From a virus (lineage: Duplodnaviria; Caudoviricetes): DNA of 26,620 bases. A program made the translations under genes and the position numbers. The number at the start of each line of letters is the position of its first letter. Position 1 is the first letter of the stretch. This document shows positions 13,669-23,999 of this stretch, piece after piece. The stretch spans positions 1-26,620 of the IMG/VR virus record IMGVR_UViG_3300020416_000059; one strand, written 5' to 3'. Under the pieces are notes generated by a model. That model saw nothing but the letters and a program-made list of their open reading frames with translations, searched no databases and was not told the DNA's origin.

Positions 13669-16600
13669 TTAGATAGGAAATTCTACAATATGAATTACGT
13701 CTGTTGACTGTGGTGCATTTCCACTTGCAAATACAATATTTGCACCTTGAGTATCTACACTAAAGTTTACCCCAGAAGCACCAGAAGCACCACCAACTTG
13801 AGCAACACCATTTAAGAATACAAGAACAGAACTTGCAGAGTGTAGGATACCACCATTAGGACCAGGATTATATGTGGTAATTGCAAATGTAAGTGTTGAT
13901 CCATCACCTTGATATGTCCTTGTAATGTACTTATCGGATGCAACTGTACCTCTTCCAGTAACAACAAGGTCACCATCAACTTTAACATCACCAGTTACTG
14001 CAACTTTGTAACTAGCATGAGGAGCAACACCGATACCTATCCGTGCCCCAGTATCTTCAGATGAAATATTAATATCACCAGTATTAGTTAAACCAAACTC
14101 ATGCCAATAATTATCGCTGTATATCCAACCAAGAGATTTACCTGGCGACCAATTTTGGTTATAAACAAGGTCACCATCGCCTGGTGTATCATATCCTGTA
14201 ATGTTAGCAAAGTTTGGTTGACCGTTTGCAAGTTCAGGAGCAAGTAAAGTTTGTTTTAGAACCGTACCATCTTGGTTGAAGTAAGTGAACTTTTTAGTTT
14301 GAAGATTATTAGTAAAGGTTGATAATCCTTGGAATGTAACAGGACCAGCAAAGATAGATTCTAACTGGTTAGATGCACCACCAATAACTGTAAGTTTATC
14401 AGTAAGAACTAACTCAGAGAATGTTTCGATGGTTGTGTTCTCTTCACCAACAACATTTAACTGTGCAATATCTTCATTAGTGATCTGACCTGTAACTGGG
14501 TTGATAACTTGGTTACCAATGAATAGGTCACCATTTGAGTTAAGACCAGAGTAGAAAGCAACACCCGCTTCTTCTTTAATAGACTGAGAGAATCTGATCT
14601 GATCTTTAGAAAGTGTTTCTACCTGAGTTTGAGGGAATGCAGTTGAGTAGTTACCTGGACCAAAACCAAGATATTCAAATGTATGGTTACCTGATCTTAA
14701 AATTGAGTGCCGTCTAAACTCAATGGGGATAGGAGCAACAGTTCCGTCATTGTTCTCACGAATGTTGATCTTTCTCTCTTCTTCATCACCAGCACGAGCA
14801 GTTAATTCTATATCAGATAATTCAGCATTAACAGAATCCCATGCAGGTGTTGTGCCTGGTTGTGTCCAACCATTATCTGCTAAAAGAAACTCAATACATT
14901 CTTTAGTAATAGAACGCTTAGGATCTTTATTAGGAGTTGGTGTTGCACCATCTGTTGCATTTACAAGTCCGATAGTTTCATTGTCAGCGACGGATACAGC
15001 AGCAACAGGGTCAGCAACAGGGTTGTCTCTGTCAAACGTAGGATAGACTTCGTTGACATTTTGACTGAATTTTCTGTCGTTAAAATTAGAAGTTGAAGGG
15101 CTAATAGATCCACAAAGCAAGGTAAGATAGTAGATTCCATCAGAAGTACCTCTTTCGAATTCTTGAACTACCTCAATATCATAGATGTAATAACACTTAG
15201 ATAGTTTATAGTTAGTTGTATCGCTATTCAATGGTTGCATTACATAACCAGACAACGGATCACGAGGAAGAGGATTAGTTTTATCCTTATCAATCTTCAT
15301 ACGAACACGGAATGTTCTATCCTGAAGGTCTCTACCATCAGCAATCCTCTTAAGGAATGTTGTAGGAGTGAAGTTTACATTGTCGTATTGACTGTTAGAT
15401 GTGATATCTGTGTAAATTCCATTGTTAGCAGAATCTACAGAAAGATACCAACCACCAATAGTATTTGGAACACCACCAACAGTATATGTGTTTGCATCAT
15501 ATTGTAGAGGCGAACCAACTACACCTGCTTTTAGACCAGAAACAGAAGGACCATATGGAGATATGAATGCACTCTTTACACTTGCCTCGGATTCTCCACT
15601 AGAAACTAGTAAGCAATTTAATTTATCAGGAATTGCATTTGCACCTGTGCCGTCTTGTCTTGCACCAACTGTAAAACCCTGTACCCTTGTTGTTGGTGGA
15701 GATGCCTCAACAGTATAACCATATAAGTATAGTCTTGTGCCTGGTGTTTGACCTTGACCAGCGAGTGCAGCATTTACAACTCTAGTTCTTTGAATGTCAA
15801 TGTTTACCCAGTTAACACCTGTCTCTTCACCAAAAATAACATTACCATTAACAAGAGCACTGTTGTTAACAGATAAGGTAATAACTCTAGTGTTTGTGTT
15901 AAAAGATACAACAGTGGCATTATCACCAATACCATCACCAGAAACAGTTAAACCTTGAATAATACCATTAACAGATCCATCATCAGCAAGAGTAATGAGA
16001 TTTGACCCCGAAGCACCTGTGGCAGTTGTAGATATAGCAGCAAGTGATTTAGGTGGGATGATATGAGTCAGTTCACCCGCTTTATCTTTAGAAAATGCTT
16101 TTGCTTTGAAACCTGCTGATCTTAGAGCAGTGTTACCAAAGTTACTATTGCTGTTGGTGATTGACATATCAGCACCGCTTAGTGCAGTGAAGTGTCCTTG
16201 ATATCCCACAGCGAATACAGAAACTGCCTGAATGAATGAGTCATTAGAACACTTAATGTGCTCATGTCCCCATCCCTTGCGATATTCAGCAAATCCATCC
16301 AAGTGGGCACCATCACCAGACACTGCCACATCATAGTTACCAGTTGAACTATTAAATCTTACAAATGCTCTGTCATCTTTCTGTAGTGATAGTCCAGTGA
16401 ACTGTGCCACAACCATTGATTTGAAACCAGTTGCCTTAGAACCATCAGCATGCATACCATTCATACCCCACACTGATCTTAGTGATAGGTTGAAAGCGTA
16501 AGGTGATGCAGAGTCGACTGTATCAATCTCAGTCTTAACAGTTATGTTTGAACCAACAGCGTTACCTGAGGGTTCTGCTGTCATCTGATATGTAAATACG

Positions 16601-17658
16601 TTATTAGATGCAGATGTAACTGTAAAAGAACCATTATAAAGTCCTGTGTCTGCTTCAGATGAAGGACCAGTAGATCCACTAACACCAGATATATTAATGT
16701 TCACGCCAACAGAGAATCCATGATCTCTTGGGTTATCAAATTCATCAACAGTAACTGCTGTAGCAGTATTACCATTACGAGTTATCTGAAGAACTCTATA
16801 TTCATCACTAATAGGACCAACAATTCTGTTTTCTTCAACTCTTGCCTGAATTTGGTCAGCAGTAGGATCACCAGATGTATCGGGAATAGTTGCGAATGCT
16901 TTAGATATTTTCTGATAATATATTTCTAAGTCAGTTCTTTCTTGAATATTTGGAATTGCTGTGTAATCTTCATTTGGAACAGTTCCATTTGAAATAAGAG
17001 TTGATAATGGATTTAGACCATCAGCAAACTCAAAACAAGTTAGTCTATGATGAGAAAACTTAGGAGCAAGAGTATTGGTGCTACCAGGTCTATAATATAC
17101 ACCCTCCTCTGCACCATCGAAGAATGAAAATTGCCAGAAGTATGTACCACCAGTTACTTTGAAGATTGCAGTTCTACCTGGTACATCAGATTCACTTAAA
17201 ATTTCATTACCAAGAGTTGTTGGGTAAGGAACATACTTAGGAATAATTTTCGTACGTCTCAGGTCAGTACCAACGAGGGAACAACCTCTGGGAACGATGA
17301 TGCCACCTTCAACAGAGTTATACTTGTACAGAACATTATTTGATGATGTAATGTCTAAGTTTGAGTTTGAATCAATAGGGGGAACATTGGTATATAAAAC
17401 TTCGCCAGGTCTATTATCTACAATATACTCTGCGGGATAGAGCATGATACTAAAAGCATCAAACTCGTCATTACTAAGACCAACTCTGTATGAAAATCTA
17501 GCAACCTCAAGAAATGCTCTTTGAATAGTCTTGAAAGGTCGCAGTGCAGAGTTCCCTCTGTTGTCAATAGCATCTGAGGCATCAAAGTCATCAGGGTTGA
17601 CGTAGATAATACGTCCAGTTCTGGACGTAATAATATTCTTTAGCCTGGTAAGTGCCAT
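13669..17658 (-). CDS. large cyanomyovirus virion structural / tail-fibre-like protein (1329 aa)
   Basis: N-terminus IYVNPDDFDASD...RPFKTIQRA and ELRR-like FRRHSILRSGNHTFEYLGFGPGNYST motif that I recognise from cyanophage structural proteins; late promoter upstream. Confidence 0.85.
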   Translation of the reverse strand: MALTRLKNIITSRTGRIIYVNPDDFDASDAIDNRGNSALRPFKTIQRAFLEVARFSYRVGLSNDEFDAFSIMLYPAEYIVDNRPGEVLYTNVPPIDSNSNLDITSSNNVLYKYNSVEGGIIVPRGCSLVGTDLRRTKIIPKYVPYPTTLGNEILSESDVPGRTAIFKVTGGTYFWQFSFFDGAEEGVYYRPGSTNTLAPKFSHHRLTCFEFADGLNPLSTLISNGTVPNEDYTAIPNIQERTDLEIYYQKISKAFATIPDTSGDPTADQIQARVEENRIVGPISDEYRVLQITRNGNTATAVTVDEFDNPRDHGFSVGVNINISGVSGSTGPSSEADTGLYNGSFTVTSASNNVFTYQMTAEPSGNAVGSNITVKTEIDTVDSASPYAFNLSLRSVWGMNGMHADGSKATGFKSMVVAQFTGLSLQKDDRAFVRFNSSTGNYDVAVSGDGAHLDGFAEYRKGWGHEHIKCSNDSFIQAVSVFAVGYQGHFTALSGADMSITNSNSNFGNTALRSAGFKAKAFSKDKAGELTHIIPPKSLAAISTTATGASGSNLITLADDGSVNGIIQGLTVSGDGIGDNATVVSFNTNTRVITLSVNNSALVNGNVIFGEETGVNWVNIDIQRTRVVNAALAGQGQTPGTRLYLYGYTVEASPPTTRVQGFTVGARQDGTGANAIPDKLNCLLVSSGESEASVKSAFISPYGPSVSGLKAGVVGSPLQYDANTYTVGGVPNTIGGWYLSVDSANNGIYTDITSNSQYDNVNFTPTTFLKRIADGRDLQDRTFRVRMKIDKDKTNPLPRDPLSGYVMQPLNSDTTNYKLSKCYYIYDIEVVQEFERGTSDGIYYLTLLCGSISPSTSNFNDRKFSQNVNEVYPTFDRDNPVADPVAAVSVADNETIGLVNATDGATPTPNKDPKRSITKECIEFLLADNGWTQPGTTPAWDSVNAELSDIELTARAGDEEERKINIRENNDGTVAPIPIEFRRHSILRSGNHTFEYLGFGPGNYSTAFPQTQVETLSKDQIRFSQSIKEEAGVAFYSGLNSNGDLFIGNQVINPVTGQITNEDIAQLNVVGEENTTIETFSELVLTDKLTVIGGASNQLESIFAGPVTFQGLSTFTNNLQTKKFTYFNQDGTVLKQTLLAPELANGQPNFANITGYDTPGDGDLVYNQNWSPGKSLGWIYSDNYWHEFGLTNTGDINISSEDTGARIGIGVAPHASYKVAVTGDVKVDGDLVVTGRGTVASDKYITRTYQGDGSTLTFAITTYNPGPNGGILHSASSVLVFLNGVAQVGGASGASGVNFSVDTQGANIVFASGNAPQSTDVIHIVEFPI

Positions 17659-17678
17659 TTCTTATACTGCCTTTTGAT

Positions 17679-17686
17679 TATTTATG
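17679..17686 (-). promoter_or_regulatory. late promoter CATAAATA
   Basis: ATAAATA core about 20 bp upstream of the ATG at 17658. Confidence 0.65.
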
Positions 17687-19145
17687 ATTGACCGAATACT
17701 CTAGTCGTAATTGAAGTTGAACCATCTTCAAATCCAATGAGACTGAAAACATTATCTGCAGTTGTTGACTTCACAACAAGAACTTCACCAGGTCCAACAA
17801 CTAATGAAGTGATTTTATCAACTTCATTATTACCATTGCTAACACCTTGAGTAATGTAGTTAGATGCTTCTACTGCTGCAGATGCAACATCAACACTGTT
17901 GATAGTTGCTGTTGTTCTAATTGCTGTATTTAATTTAGGAACGTCCCTAAATGTATCAGATCCAGACCAGTCAGAAGAATTAATTCCTTTGATGAACTTT
18001 AACACCGAACCAGTGTAGTCTTTAACGTATCCATAAGCACCAGCAACCTGTCCTGTAATTGTATAGGTTGTACCATCAATCAAGAAAGTATCTGTGTTGT
18101 TGACAAGAGTTCCAACTTTGTCATAGATATACATTCCAGTGTATGAATATTCATCTGCCATTTCAATAGAACGATCAGCACCACCATAATTAGCATTAGA
18201 TGCTGTGCCAGTACCACCATCGTAGAAATACAGAGGATCTGGAGTTACACTACCAGAAAAATCATACTGCACATATGCACCACTAGATCCAGCAGTGCCA
18301 TTGGTAGTTTTTCCAGTTGTGTATTCTGTACCATTGTCTGCTGTCTGAGAGAAATCACCATCAGGACCATACTCACCATTAATAGTTTCAGATACTTTAA
18401 AATCTCTACCAGTCATCGATGAGTCAGAAACATCAAATCTAAAAGTACGATCATCTTGTAATTCAAGTTGATCAACACCAACGTGCATATTGTATGTGCC
18501 ACCAGCAGTATCAGAGAAACAGAATTCTTCTTGAGCAGTGGTGATAGCAGGCGAAGCAGAAATAGTTCCAGCACCACCGCCTGTTCCAGTTACACTATCA
18601 CCTGCAGCAAATTCAGTACCAGTTCCAGCAAGAGTTGTAGGTCCAACATAAATTGTATCTGTTGTTGTTCCTTCATCAATTCCAAATACTGTTGCTGTAG
18701 CAGTGTTTGGAGCAGTTCCTTTGGTGATTGTATCTCCTACAACCCATGTTCCACTTACAGATTCTAATGGTATTTCTCTAATAGAAATTGCTTTTACAAA
18801 CTTTGTAGTAAGAGGGGGAATATAAAATGATTCAAACTTAAAAGTTTTTTCTGCATCTGTAGTCGTAATTGATTCACCAACAGTAACAGCAGTGTTGTTA
18901 GTTAAGTTTGTATTTAATGTAATATAATATGAAGTAAGAACATCTCCCTTGTGCAATTTGTAGGTTGATGCATCAAGAGTTAGTTTTTGATCGTAATCTT
19001 TAACTGCAACATCATAAGCGGAACCTGTTCCGTCGTTTGCGATAGTCAACACCGTACTAGCAGATGCGTCAATGGGTGCTCTGTATAACACCGTATCGGT
19101 GTTTGCAGTTGGTTTAAGTTGTGCGAGAAGTCCTTGATTTGCCAT
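17682..19145 (-). CDS. virion structural protein (487 aa)
   Basis: T/G/S-rich composition, within the late structural cluster. Confidence 0.8.
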   Translation of the reverse strand: MANQGLLAQLKPTANTDTVLYRAPIDASASTVLTIANDGTGSAYDVAVKDYDQKLTLDASTYKLHKGDVLTSYYITLNTNLTNNTAVTVGESITTTDAEKTFKFESFYIPPLTTKFVKAISIREIPLESVSGTWVVGDTITKGTAPNTATATVFGIDEGTTTDTIYVGPTTLAGTGTEFAAGDSVTGTGGGAGTISASPAITTAQEEFCFSDTAGGTYNMHVGVDQLELQDDRTFRFDVSDSSMTGRDFKVSETINGEYGPDGDFSQTADNGTEYTTGKTTNGTAGSSGAYVQYDFSGSVTPDPLYFYDGGTGTASNANYGGADRSIEMADEYSYTGMYIYDKVGTLVNNTDTFLIDGTTYTITGQVAGAYGYVKDYTGSVLKFIKGINSSDWSGSDTFRDVPKLNTAIRTTATINSVDVASAAVEASNYITQGVSNGNNEVDKITSLVVGPGEVLVVKSTTADNVFSLIGFEDGSTSITTRVFGQS

Positions 19146-19154
19146 TGTTAATAA

Positions 19155-20477
19155 TTAGAATCCTGCGTAGAAAAACTGTTGTTGTCTGGTTCTGCCAATT
19201 AGAGTAGCAGCACCAATACCAGAACCAAATGTGATGTCATCGACATTTACGTTTGTCGTAGAAAGTAAAGTCGCATCAGCGTCTGGGAATCTGATGGTTC
19301 TATTCGCAGTAATGTTGTCTGCGTTAATTGTGAGAATATTAGTACTTGAAGTAGTGTTCTTAATACTAGGGTTAACTAAAGTTTTACCCGATAAAGTTTG
19401 AGTTGCCGCTTCAGATACAAAAATATTGTTGCTTCCACCATTATTTAGAACCCCAGTTTGAGGGAACTCAAAGGTTTGGTTTGATGATGAGTTTTGATTG
19501 TCAATAGAAAAAGTAATCTTTTTACTATTGTCTCCAGAATCCTGAAGAATCAAGTTTTCAATAGATTTGTTTTCAAGAATTTGTGTTGAATCTGTACCAA
19601 CCAATGTGAGGTTAGTATCAGGTACACTGATTATTCTGTTTGCTGTAAGTGCATCCGTGTTAAAGGTTGCAGTAGAAGTGTTAAGTTCAGAGTCAGCAAC
19701 AAGTGACAGGTCTACAAAAGTTTTGTTGAGGACAGTTTGCTCTGCCTTTGTATCAAGTAAAGTTGATGAAGTTGCAGTTGGTTCAAGAGTCGTTGTTACT
19801 GTACCTGCATCAGGTAAGAAATACGATCTTCTAGTACCAGAAGTTTCTGCCCAGTTAATTTGAAAGACTGCTTCTTCAGCACCATCAGTGATAACAAGAC
19901 TATCTTCATCAATGAGAATGGTCTTGTTTCTTAATGTTTGTGATGTATCATCACCAACTAAAGTTGTACCATTACCAGAAGTGATAGCAGGCAATGTCAT
20001 AATTCTGGTATTAGTACCAGTACCAACATTACTTACCTCAAATCTTGCTTTCGGACCTTGAGCATCCTCAAGAGTAAAAGTTTGATCTGAGATGATGAAG
20101 TTACCTGTAATTTTTACAGCACCAGTTCCTTTTGGTGAAAGGACAATATCCGCATTAGTTGCGGTATCATGTACTGCAGTAATGTACAGAGATTTATAAC
20201 TCTCTGAATTTGAAATAGTAGTCATATATAAACCACTATTACCAAAACCAAGACCTATTTCATCATAAGCACTTTGATATAGACCAGTATCTCGGTCTAA
20301 ATCGAAACATAAACCAGGTGCTGCCTTTGTACCTTGGGCAACCCCTTTATGAAGTTGGTTGATTTTAACTTTTCTGTTGGGAATCAAAGGATCAGACACC
20401 ACAACGGGTAGGATACCTTCTCCTGAGAGATTAGCATCTGAAATAACATCCAACTGAGATATTTTTCTTGTTCCCAC
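19155..20477 (-). CDS. virion structural protein with internal repeats (440 aa, GTG start)
   Basis: KISQL N-terminus; about five R..TLP....TLVG....QTL.NK repeats. Confidence 0.8.
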   Translation of the reverse strand: MGTRKISQLDVISDANLSGEGILPVVVSDPLIPNRKVKINQLHKGVAQGTKAAPGLCFDLDRDTGLYQSAYDEIGLGFGNSGLYMTTISNSESYKSLYITAVHDTATNADIVLSPKGTGAVKITGNFIISDQTFTLEDAQGPKARFEVSNVGTGTNTRIMTLPAITSGNGTTLVGDDTSQTLRNKTILIDEDSLVITDGAEEAVFQINWAETSGTRRSYFLPDAGTVTTTLEPTATSSTLLDTKAEQTVLNKTFVDLSLVADSELNTSTATFNTDALTANRIISVPDTNLTLVGTDSTQILENKSIENLILQDSGDNSKKITFSIDNQNSSSNQTFEFPQTGVLNNGGSNNIFVSEAATQTLSGKTLVNPSIKNTTSSTNILTINADNITANRTIRFPDADATLLSTTNVNVDDITFGSGIGAATLIGRTRQQQFFYAGF

Positions 20478-20501
20478 GAAATCACACTATTTGCTACAAG
20501 T

Positions 20502-20663
20502 TTATTTATACGGATACAATTCATTGTATCTGAGAAACCTCCGCACTGAAGGTTCTACTTCAAGAGATTCACACACAGATAGATATGATTCCCACTCACT
20601 CTTTAATGATGGTGGGATCTTGTAAGATTTTGACGAGTCGTTCTGCTTTTTTTCCTGCTTCAT
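20502..20663 (-). CDS. small hypothetical protein (53 aa, ...EWESYLSVCESLEVEPSVRRFLRYNELYPYK)
   Basis: translated by hand; fills the gap, overlaps upstream gene by 68 bp. Confidence 0.55.
   Translation of the reverse strand: MKQEKKQNDSSKSYKIPPSLKSEWESYLSVCESLEVEPSVRRFLRYNELYPYK
20503..20510 (-). promoter_or_regulatory. T4-type late promoter TATAAATA
   Basis: exact match about 25 bp upstream of the GTG at 20477. Confidence 0.75.
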
Positions 20664-20988
20664 TGTGATATGTTGCTACGTTCTGAGCAATTTCTATAAG
20701 AGTGTTGTAAGCATACTCCGCATCTTCATCATCTTCTTGGTGATCAAGAATCCATGCTAAGTTATCTTGAAGTCTATTTTTTGCTCTCCATCTACTATCC
20801 TCTTTCCAAAGTCTTTCTTCTTCAAGAATTGCTTTAAGTTCTCTACCTTTAGGACTCAATGGTTCACCATCATATCCTTGAGGGACATTCCAATTTTGTT
20901 CTACTGCACCAGGTTGATTAAAATAATCATCTGCAACCTTTTTAAAATCACGATGTGCCTGAGAAGAATTTCTTTTATTTTCTGCCAT
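20596..20988 (-). CDS. hypothetical protein (130 aa)
   Basis: ORF track; charged, helical composition. Confidence 0.75.
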   Translation of the reverse strand: MAENKRNSSQAHRDFKKVADDYFNQPGAVEQNWNVPQGYDGEPLSPKGRELKAILEEERLWKEDSRWRAKNRLQDNLAWILDHQEDDEDAEYAYNTLIEIAQNVATYHNEAGKKAERLVKILQDPTIIKE

Positions 20989-21014
20989 TATGTTATCAAA
21001 AACTATATTATATA

Positions 21015-21614
21015 TTATTTAAAACAAGGACCATCCATCCAAGCAACCAGAGATCTTCTTACACCAGACTTAACAGGATGAACTCTATGAGGTAACCAAG
21101 ATGGAAAGATTACCCCAGTTCCCGCATCGGGTTTAACAAAAGAATAATTATCACCATAATATCTAAATTCCAATTCACCACCGTCATATTCATCAGGATC
21201 GCTAAGAAGTAATGAAATGGATAACTTTCTTTCCATTTCTACTCCTTCAATAATATGTGTTCTCCCACCATCTACATGCCAACCATAAAAATCTTTATGC
21301 TCTCCTCCACCATTATAAACAGTCGATTGTATTTTATCTTTAAAATGTCTTAGATCATATTTAAAATAACATTCGTTTGCAGAAATCATCATACTGTGCA
21401 TGATACCAGGAATCCATTCATCCCAGTTGATCCAAGCAACCTTAGATCTCCTAGTATCCAATCGTACAAACGCCTCATCATTTTCTTTTAGACCAAAAAC
21501 TTCTCCATCTTGATATTCTAATTGGTCACAATATTCTTTCATTGACTCTATAAGAGTCTCTGGCAATTTTGTAGGAGTGTAATAAACTCTCTTGTCGGGA
21601 AATCCTTCATCCAT
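21015..21614 (-). CDS. 2OG-Fe(II) oxygenase (prolyl-hydroxylase-like)
   Basis: YGWHVD, RKLSISLLLS, YDGGELEF, FPSWLPHRV, RRSLVAW. Confidence 0.92.
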   Translation of the reverse strand: MDEGFPDKRVYYTPTKLPETLIESMKEYCDQLEYQDGEVFGLKENDEAFVRLDTRRSKVAWINWDEWIPGIMHSMMISANECYFKYDLRHFKDKIQSTVYNGGGEHKDFYGWHVDGGRTHIIEGVEMERKLSISLLLSDPDEYDGGELEFRYYGDNYSFVKPDAGTGVIFPSWLPHRVHPVKSGVRRSLVAWMDGPCFK

Positions 21615-22020
21615 TATATTTTGTTAGAGTGTATTGTTCAGGTCTTAATTTTAATCTTGTAATTTGTTTACATGCATCATCATAATCTCTAAACCATGAC
21701 CTATTAAATGTATCTTTATCAACTGGATGAAGATACCAAGGCATTGTATTCTTTATATTGCCGTTACCATTACCCAATTCCCATAGATCACCAGACTTAA
21801 CTTTAGTAAATACTGGTTTCTTATCAATTCTAGTCTTTCTAACTTTCTTCGTTGTTAAGTTTTTGAGATTCTTCTCCAAGTTCTTTTGCGTTTTCACGCT
21901 CTGCACAGAGACGGAAGAACCTCGTGAAGTCTTCTTTTGTCCAGTCGTTGAAGAAACTTTCGTTTTCGTCGTTTTCGTCCCACTCGACCGTGAACGAACC
22001 GTCTTCGTTGTCTTTGACAT
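21607..22020 (-). CDS. basic hypothetical protein (137 aa; start uncertain)
   Basis: ORF track; only ORF covering 21615-21838. Confidence 0.6.
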   Translation of the reverse strand: MSKTTKTVRSRSSGTKTTKTKVSSTTGQKKTSRGSSVSVQSVKTQKNLEKNLKNLTTKKVRKTRIDKKPVFTKVKSGDLWELGNGNGNIKNTMPWYLHPVDKDTFNRSWFRDYDDACKQITRLKLRPEQYTLTKYNG

Positions 22021-22126
22021 TGATCATTTTGAAAAGGGATTTAAATGTACTGTACCATGGTTTTTTGAAAAGGTCAACCTTCCAATATGGTGCATATAAA
22101 GGATAGTTATAATTCACTTGATCCAT
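21839..22126 (-). CDS. acidic hypothetical protein (95 aa; alternative start 22027)
   Basis: ORF track; NEDGSFTVEWDEND..FNDWT..DF core. Confidence 0.7.
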   Translation of the reverse strand: MDQVNYNYPLYAPYWKVDLFKKPWYSTFKSLFKMINVKDNEDGSFTVEWDENDENESFFNDWTKEDFTRFFRLCAERENAKELGEESQKLNNEES

Positions 22127-22392
22127 CTAGGTAAATAGAATATTAAAAATGATGCAAACCAAAAAATTGATAATGCTGCAATATGTAGTATCCTATTAGG
22201 ATTGACTATCAATCCAATAGTCACAAGTCCTATCCAAGTATAATCTAAGGTGCCATGAAATCTGTACCATACGTTTGCACCATACTTATCAATAAATTTT
22301 TGTCTTTGTTTTCCGAACCACGGTGCAACGTGTCTCATCATAACAAAACCCTCATTGAGAACCATGAGGGTGAAACCGATCCAAAATATCAT
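22114..22392 (-). CDS. small multi-TM membrane protein (92 aa)
   Basis: three hydrophobic segments; ATGA coupling. Confidence 0.8.
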   Translation of the reverse strand: MIFWIGFTLMVLNEGFVMMRHVAPWFGKQRQKFIDKYGANVWYRFHGTLDYTWIGLVTIGLIVNPNRILHIAALSIFWFASFLIFYLPRWIK

Positions 22393-23012
22393 TTTAGCAT
22401 ATCAAAGTTAACACTAATTCTATGGGTAGATTCAACAGGACAAGATGGACTGTGATAAATTCTACCATCAAAAATTAAAATATCTCCCCTCTCTGGCGAT
22501 TCCCTTCGCCACTCTTTCATTTCACCAAGTTCTTCATTAGAATTGTGTTCAGATTTGTCATAAAAAATTGTATCTCCATCAGCATCATTCACATAGTAAA
22601 GCATACTGAAATGAGGAACTTTTCTAACGTCAATATGAGGACATGGATTTACAATTTTATCACGTTTAATGAATAGGTTGACCTGAGCACGAAGAATTTC
22701 TCCAGACAAATGGTGTCTGTTAATAAGATCTTCTATCTCAATATTTTCAATCAACCCACCAAAATAATCAGAAGTAACTTTGTTATCTACAATTAAAGGA
22801 TGTGCAAGAATAGATATGTCATCAAATTTTTCAAATTCTTTTGGATTAGTTCCTTCAACAATAGTTGACTTGGTAAATCCCCACTTAAAGTTTTGATGAG
22901 ATAAATGATGTTCAATGATATCTTGCTTATGTGAAGATACATGACCACGCCACCTGTGAAAGATAATTTCACCTAACGTGGGATGATTTAATTTTGTAAG
23001 ACCAATGCTCAT
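22389..23012 (-). CDS. 2OG-Fe(II) oxygenase
   Basis: PHID, LYYVNDADGDTIF, FDGRIYH, RISVNF. Confidence 0.88.
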   Translation of the reverse strand: MSIGLTKLNHPTLGEIIFHRWRGHVSSHKQDIIEHHLSHQNFKWGFTKSTIVEGTNPKEFEKFDDISILAHPLIVDNKVTSDYFGGLIENIEIEDLINRHHLSGEILRAQVNLFIKRDKIVNPCPHIDVRKVPHFSMLYYVNDADGDTIFYDKSEHNSNEELGEMKEWRRESPERGDILIFDGRIYHSPSCPVESTHRISVNFDMLK

Positions 23013-23021
23013 AATAAATTA

Positions 23022-23077
23022 AAATTAGTAAGGGGGCACTCTTTCTACTTAGAGATCTTTTGTACTCCCCCTAATTT
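23022..23077 (-). other. intergenic stem-loop (terminator or processing element)
   Basis: minus strand AAATTAGGGGGAGTAC...GTGCCCCCTTACTAATTT. Confidence 0.5.
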
Positions 23078-23082
23078 GTACA

Positions 23083-23730
23083 TTATATAGCAGTTACACT
23101 GTCTGTGTCAAGCATCAAAAATTGTGTCATAACAAATCTTCCAAGTTTTTTACCCATATCATTTTTATCCATACTAACTTTAGTTACCCCATGAGGAATC
23201 ATCGATGGAAAACATATGACTCTGTTATTTTTACATTCAATTTCAGTGCCCCACAAAGGAAAGTATAAAGTGCCACCAGTAAATTTTTTTGGTTCTCTGT
23301 AAAACCATGTAAGGCAAGTTAACCTTGCAGAATCTCTATGCTCTAGATATTCATCACTATCCTCATAGTATGCAATTTGCGTAAAATCTTGCTTGTATGC
23401 ATTAACATCATTAATTGCCCAATGAGGATGGTTTTCAAATATATGTGAGTTTTTAAGTAACTTCCTGTTTACCTCAAGAATACTAGATGCAAATCTATTA
23501 GGACCAAAGAAATGATCTAACCACATAGTCCAGTTAGTCTTCAGTTTTCTTTTATTACCATGTTCATCAAACCCATCCCATGCTGCACCATTTTCAACTG
23601 ATGCTCTCTGCATCCTTCTAGGATTGCACATGTAATCCAACTCATCCCAAATTTCTCCTAACTCTGATTGATTGTAGAAATTATCAATCAAAATATAAGG
23701 AAACTCTTCATTTTTGCTAGTGATATCCAT
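23083..23730 (-). CDS. 2OG-Fe(II) oxygenase
   Basis: YLEHRD, FTGGTLYF, FPSMIPHGV, GRFVMTQF. Confidence 0.9.
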   Translation of the reverse strand: MDITSKNEEFPYILIDNFYNQSELGEIWDELDYMCNPRRMQRASVENGAAWDGFDEHGNKRKLKTNWTMWLDHFFGPNRFASSILEVNRKLLKNSHIFENHPHWAINDVNAYKQDFTQIAYYEDSDEYLEHRDSARLTCLTWFYREPKKFTGGTLYFPLWGTEIECKNNRVICFPSMIPHGVTKVSMDKNDMGKKLGRFVMTQFLMLDTDSVTAI

Positions 23731-23747
23731 TGATGTAATAATAATGA

Positions 23748-23831
23748 TAGGAGTAGGGGGACTTGAACCCCCACGAGGTTGCCCTCAACAGATTTTAAGT
23801 CTGGTGCGTCTACCAATTCCGCCACACTCCC
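23748..23831 (-). tRNA. trnL: tRNA-Leu, anticodon UAA
   Basis: GGGAGTG/TACTCCT acceptor stem, GGAATTGGTAGAC D-arm, CAGA-CTTAAAA-TCTG anticodon arm, long variable arm, GTTCAAG T-loop; CCA not encoded. Confidence 0.96.
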
Positions 23832-23834
23832 GAC

Positions 23835-23999
23835 TTAATCCCAATGTCTAATCACTCCCGCAACAATAAAACAATTAGTGACGAGATAAGTAAGAAAGAT
23901 AAGAGATCGTACAAGGACAATAAGATTGTCATACCTCTGGGTCTTTTCATCAGAGAAACTACCCAACGCATACTTCCAGACCCTCCATAATTTTGTCAT
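23835..23999 (-). CDS. small membrane protein (54 aa, MTKLWRVWKYALGSFSD...IVAGVIRHWD)
   Basis: translated by hand; ATGA coupling. Confidence 0.75.
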   Translation of the reverse strand: MTKLWRVWKYALGSFSDEKTQRYDNLIVLVRSLIFLTYLVTNCFIVAGVIRHWD

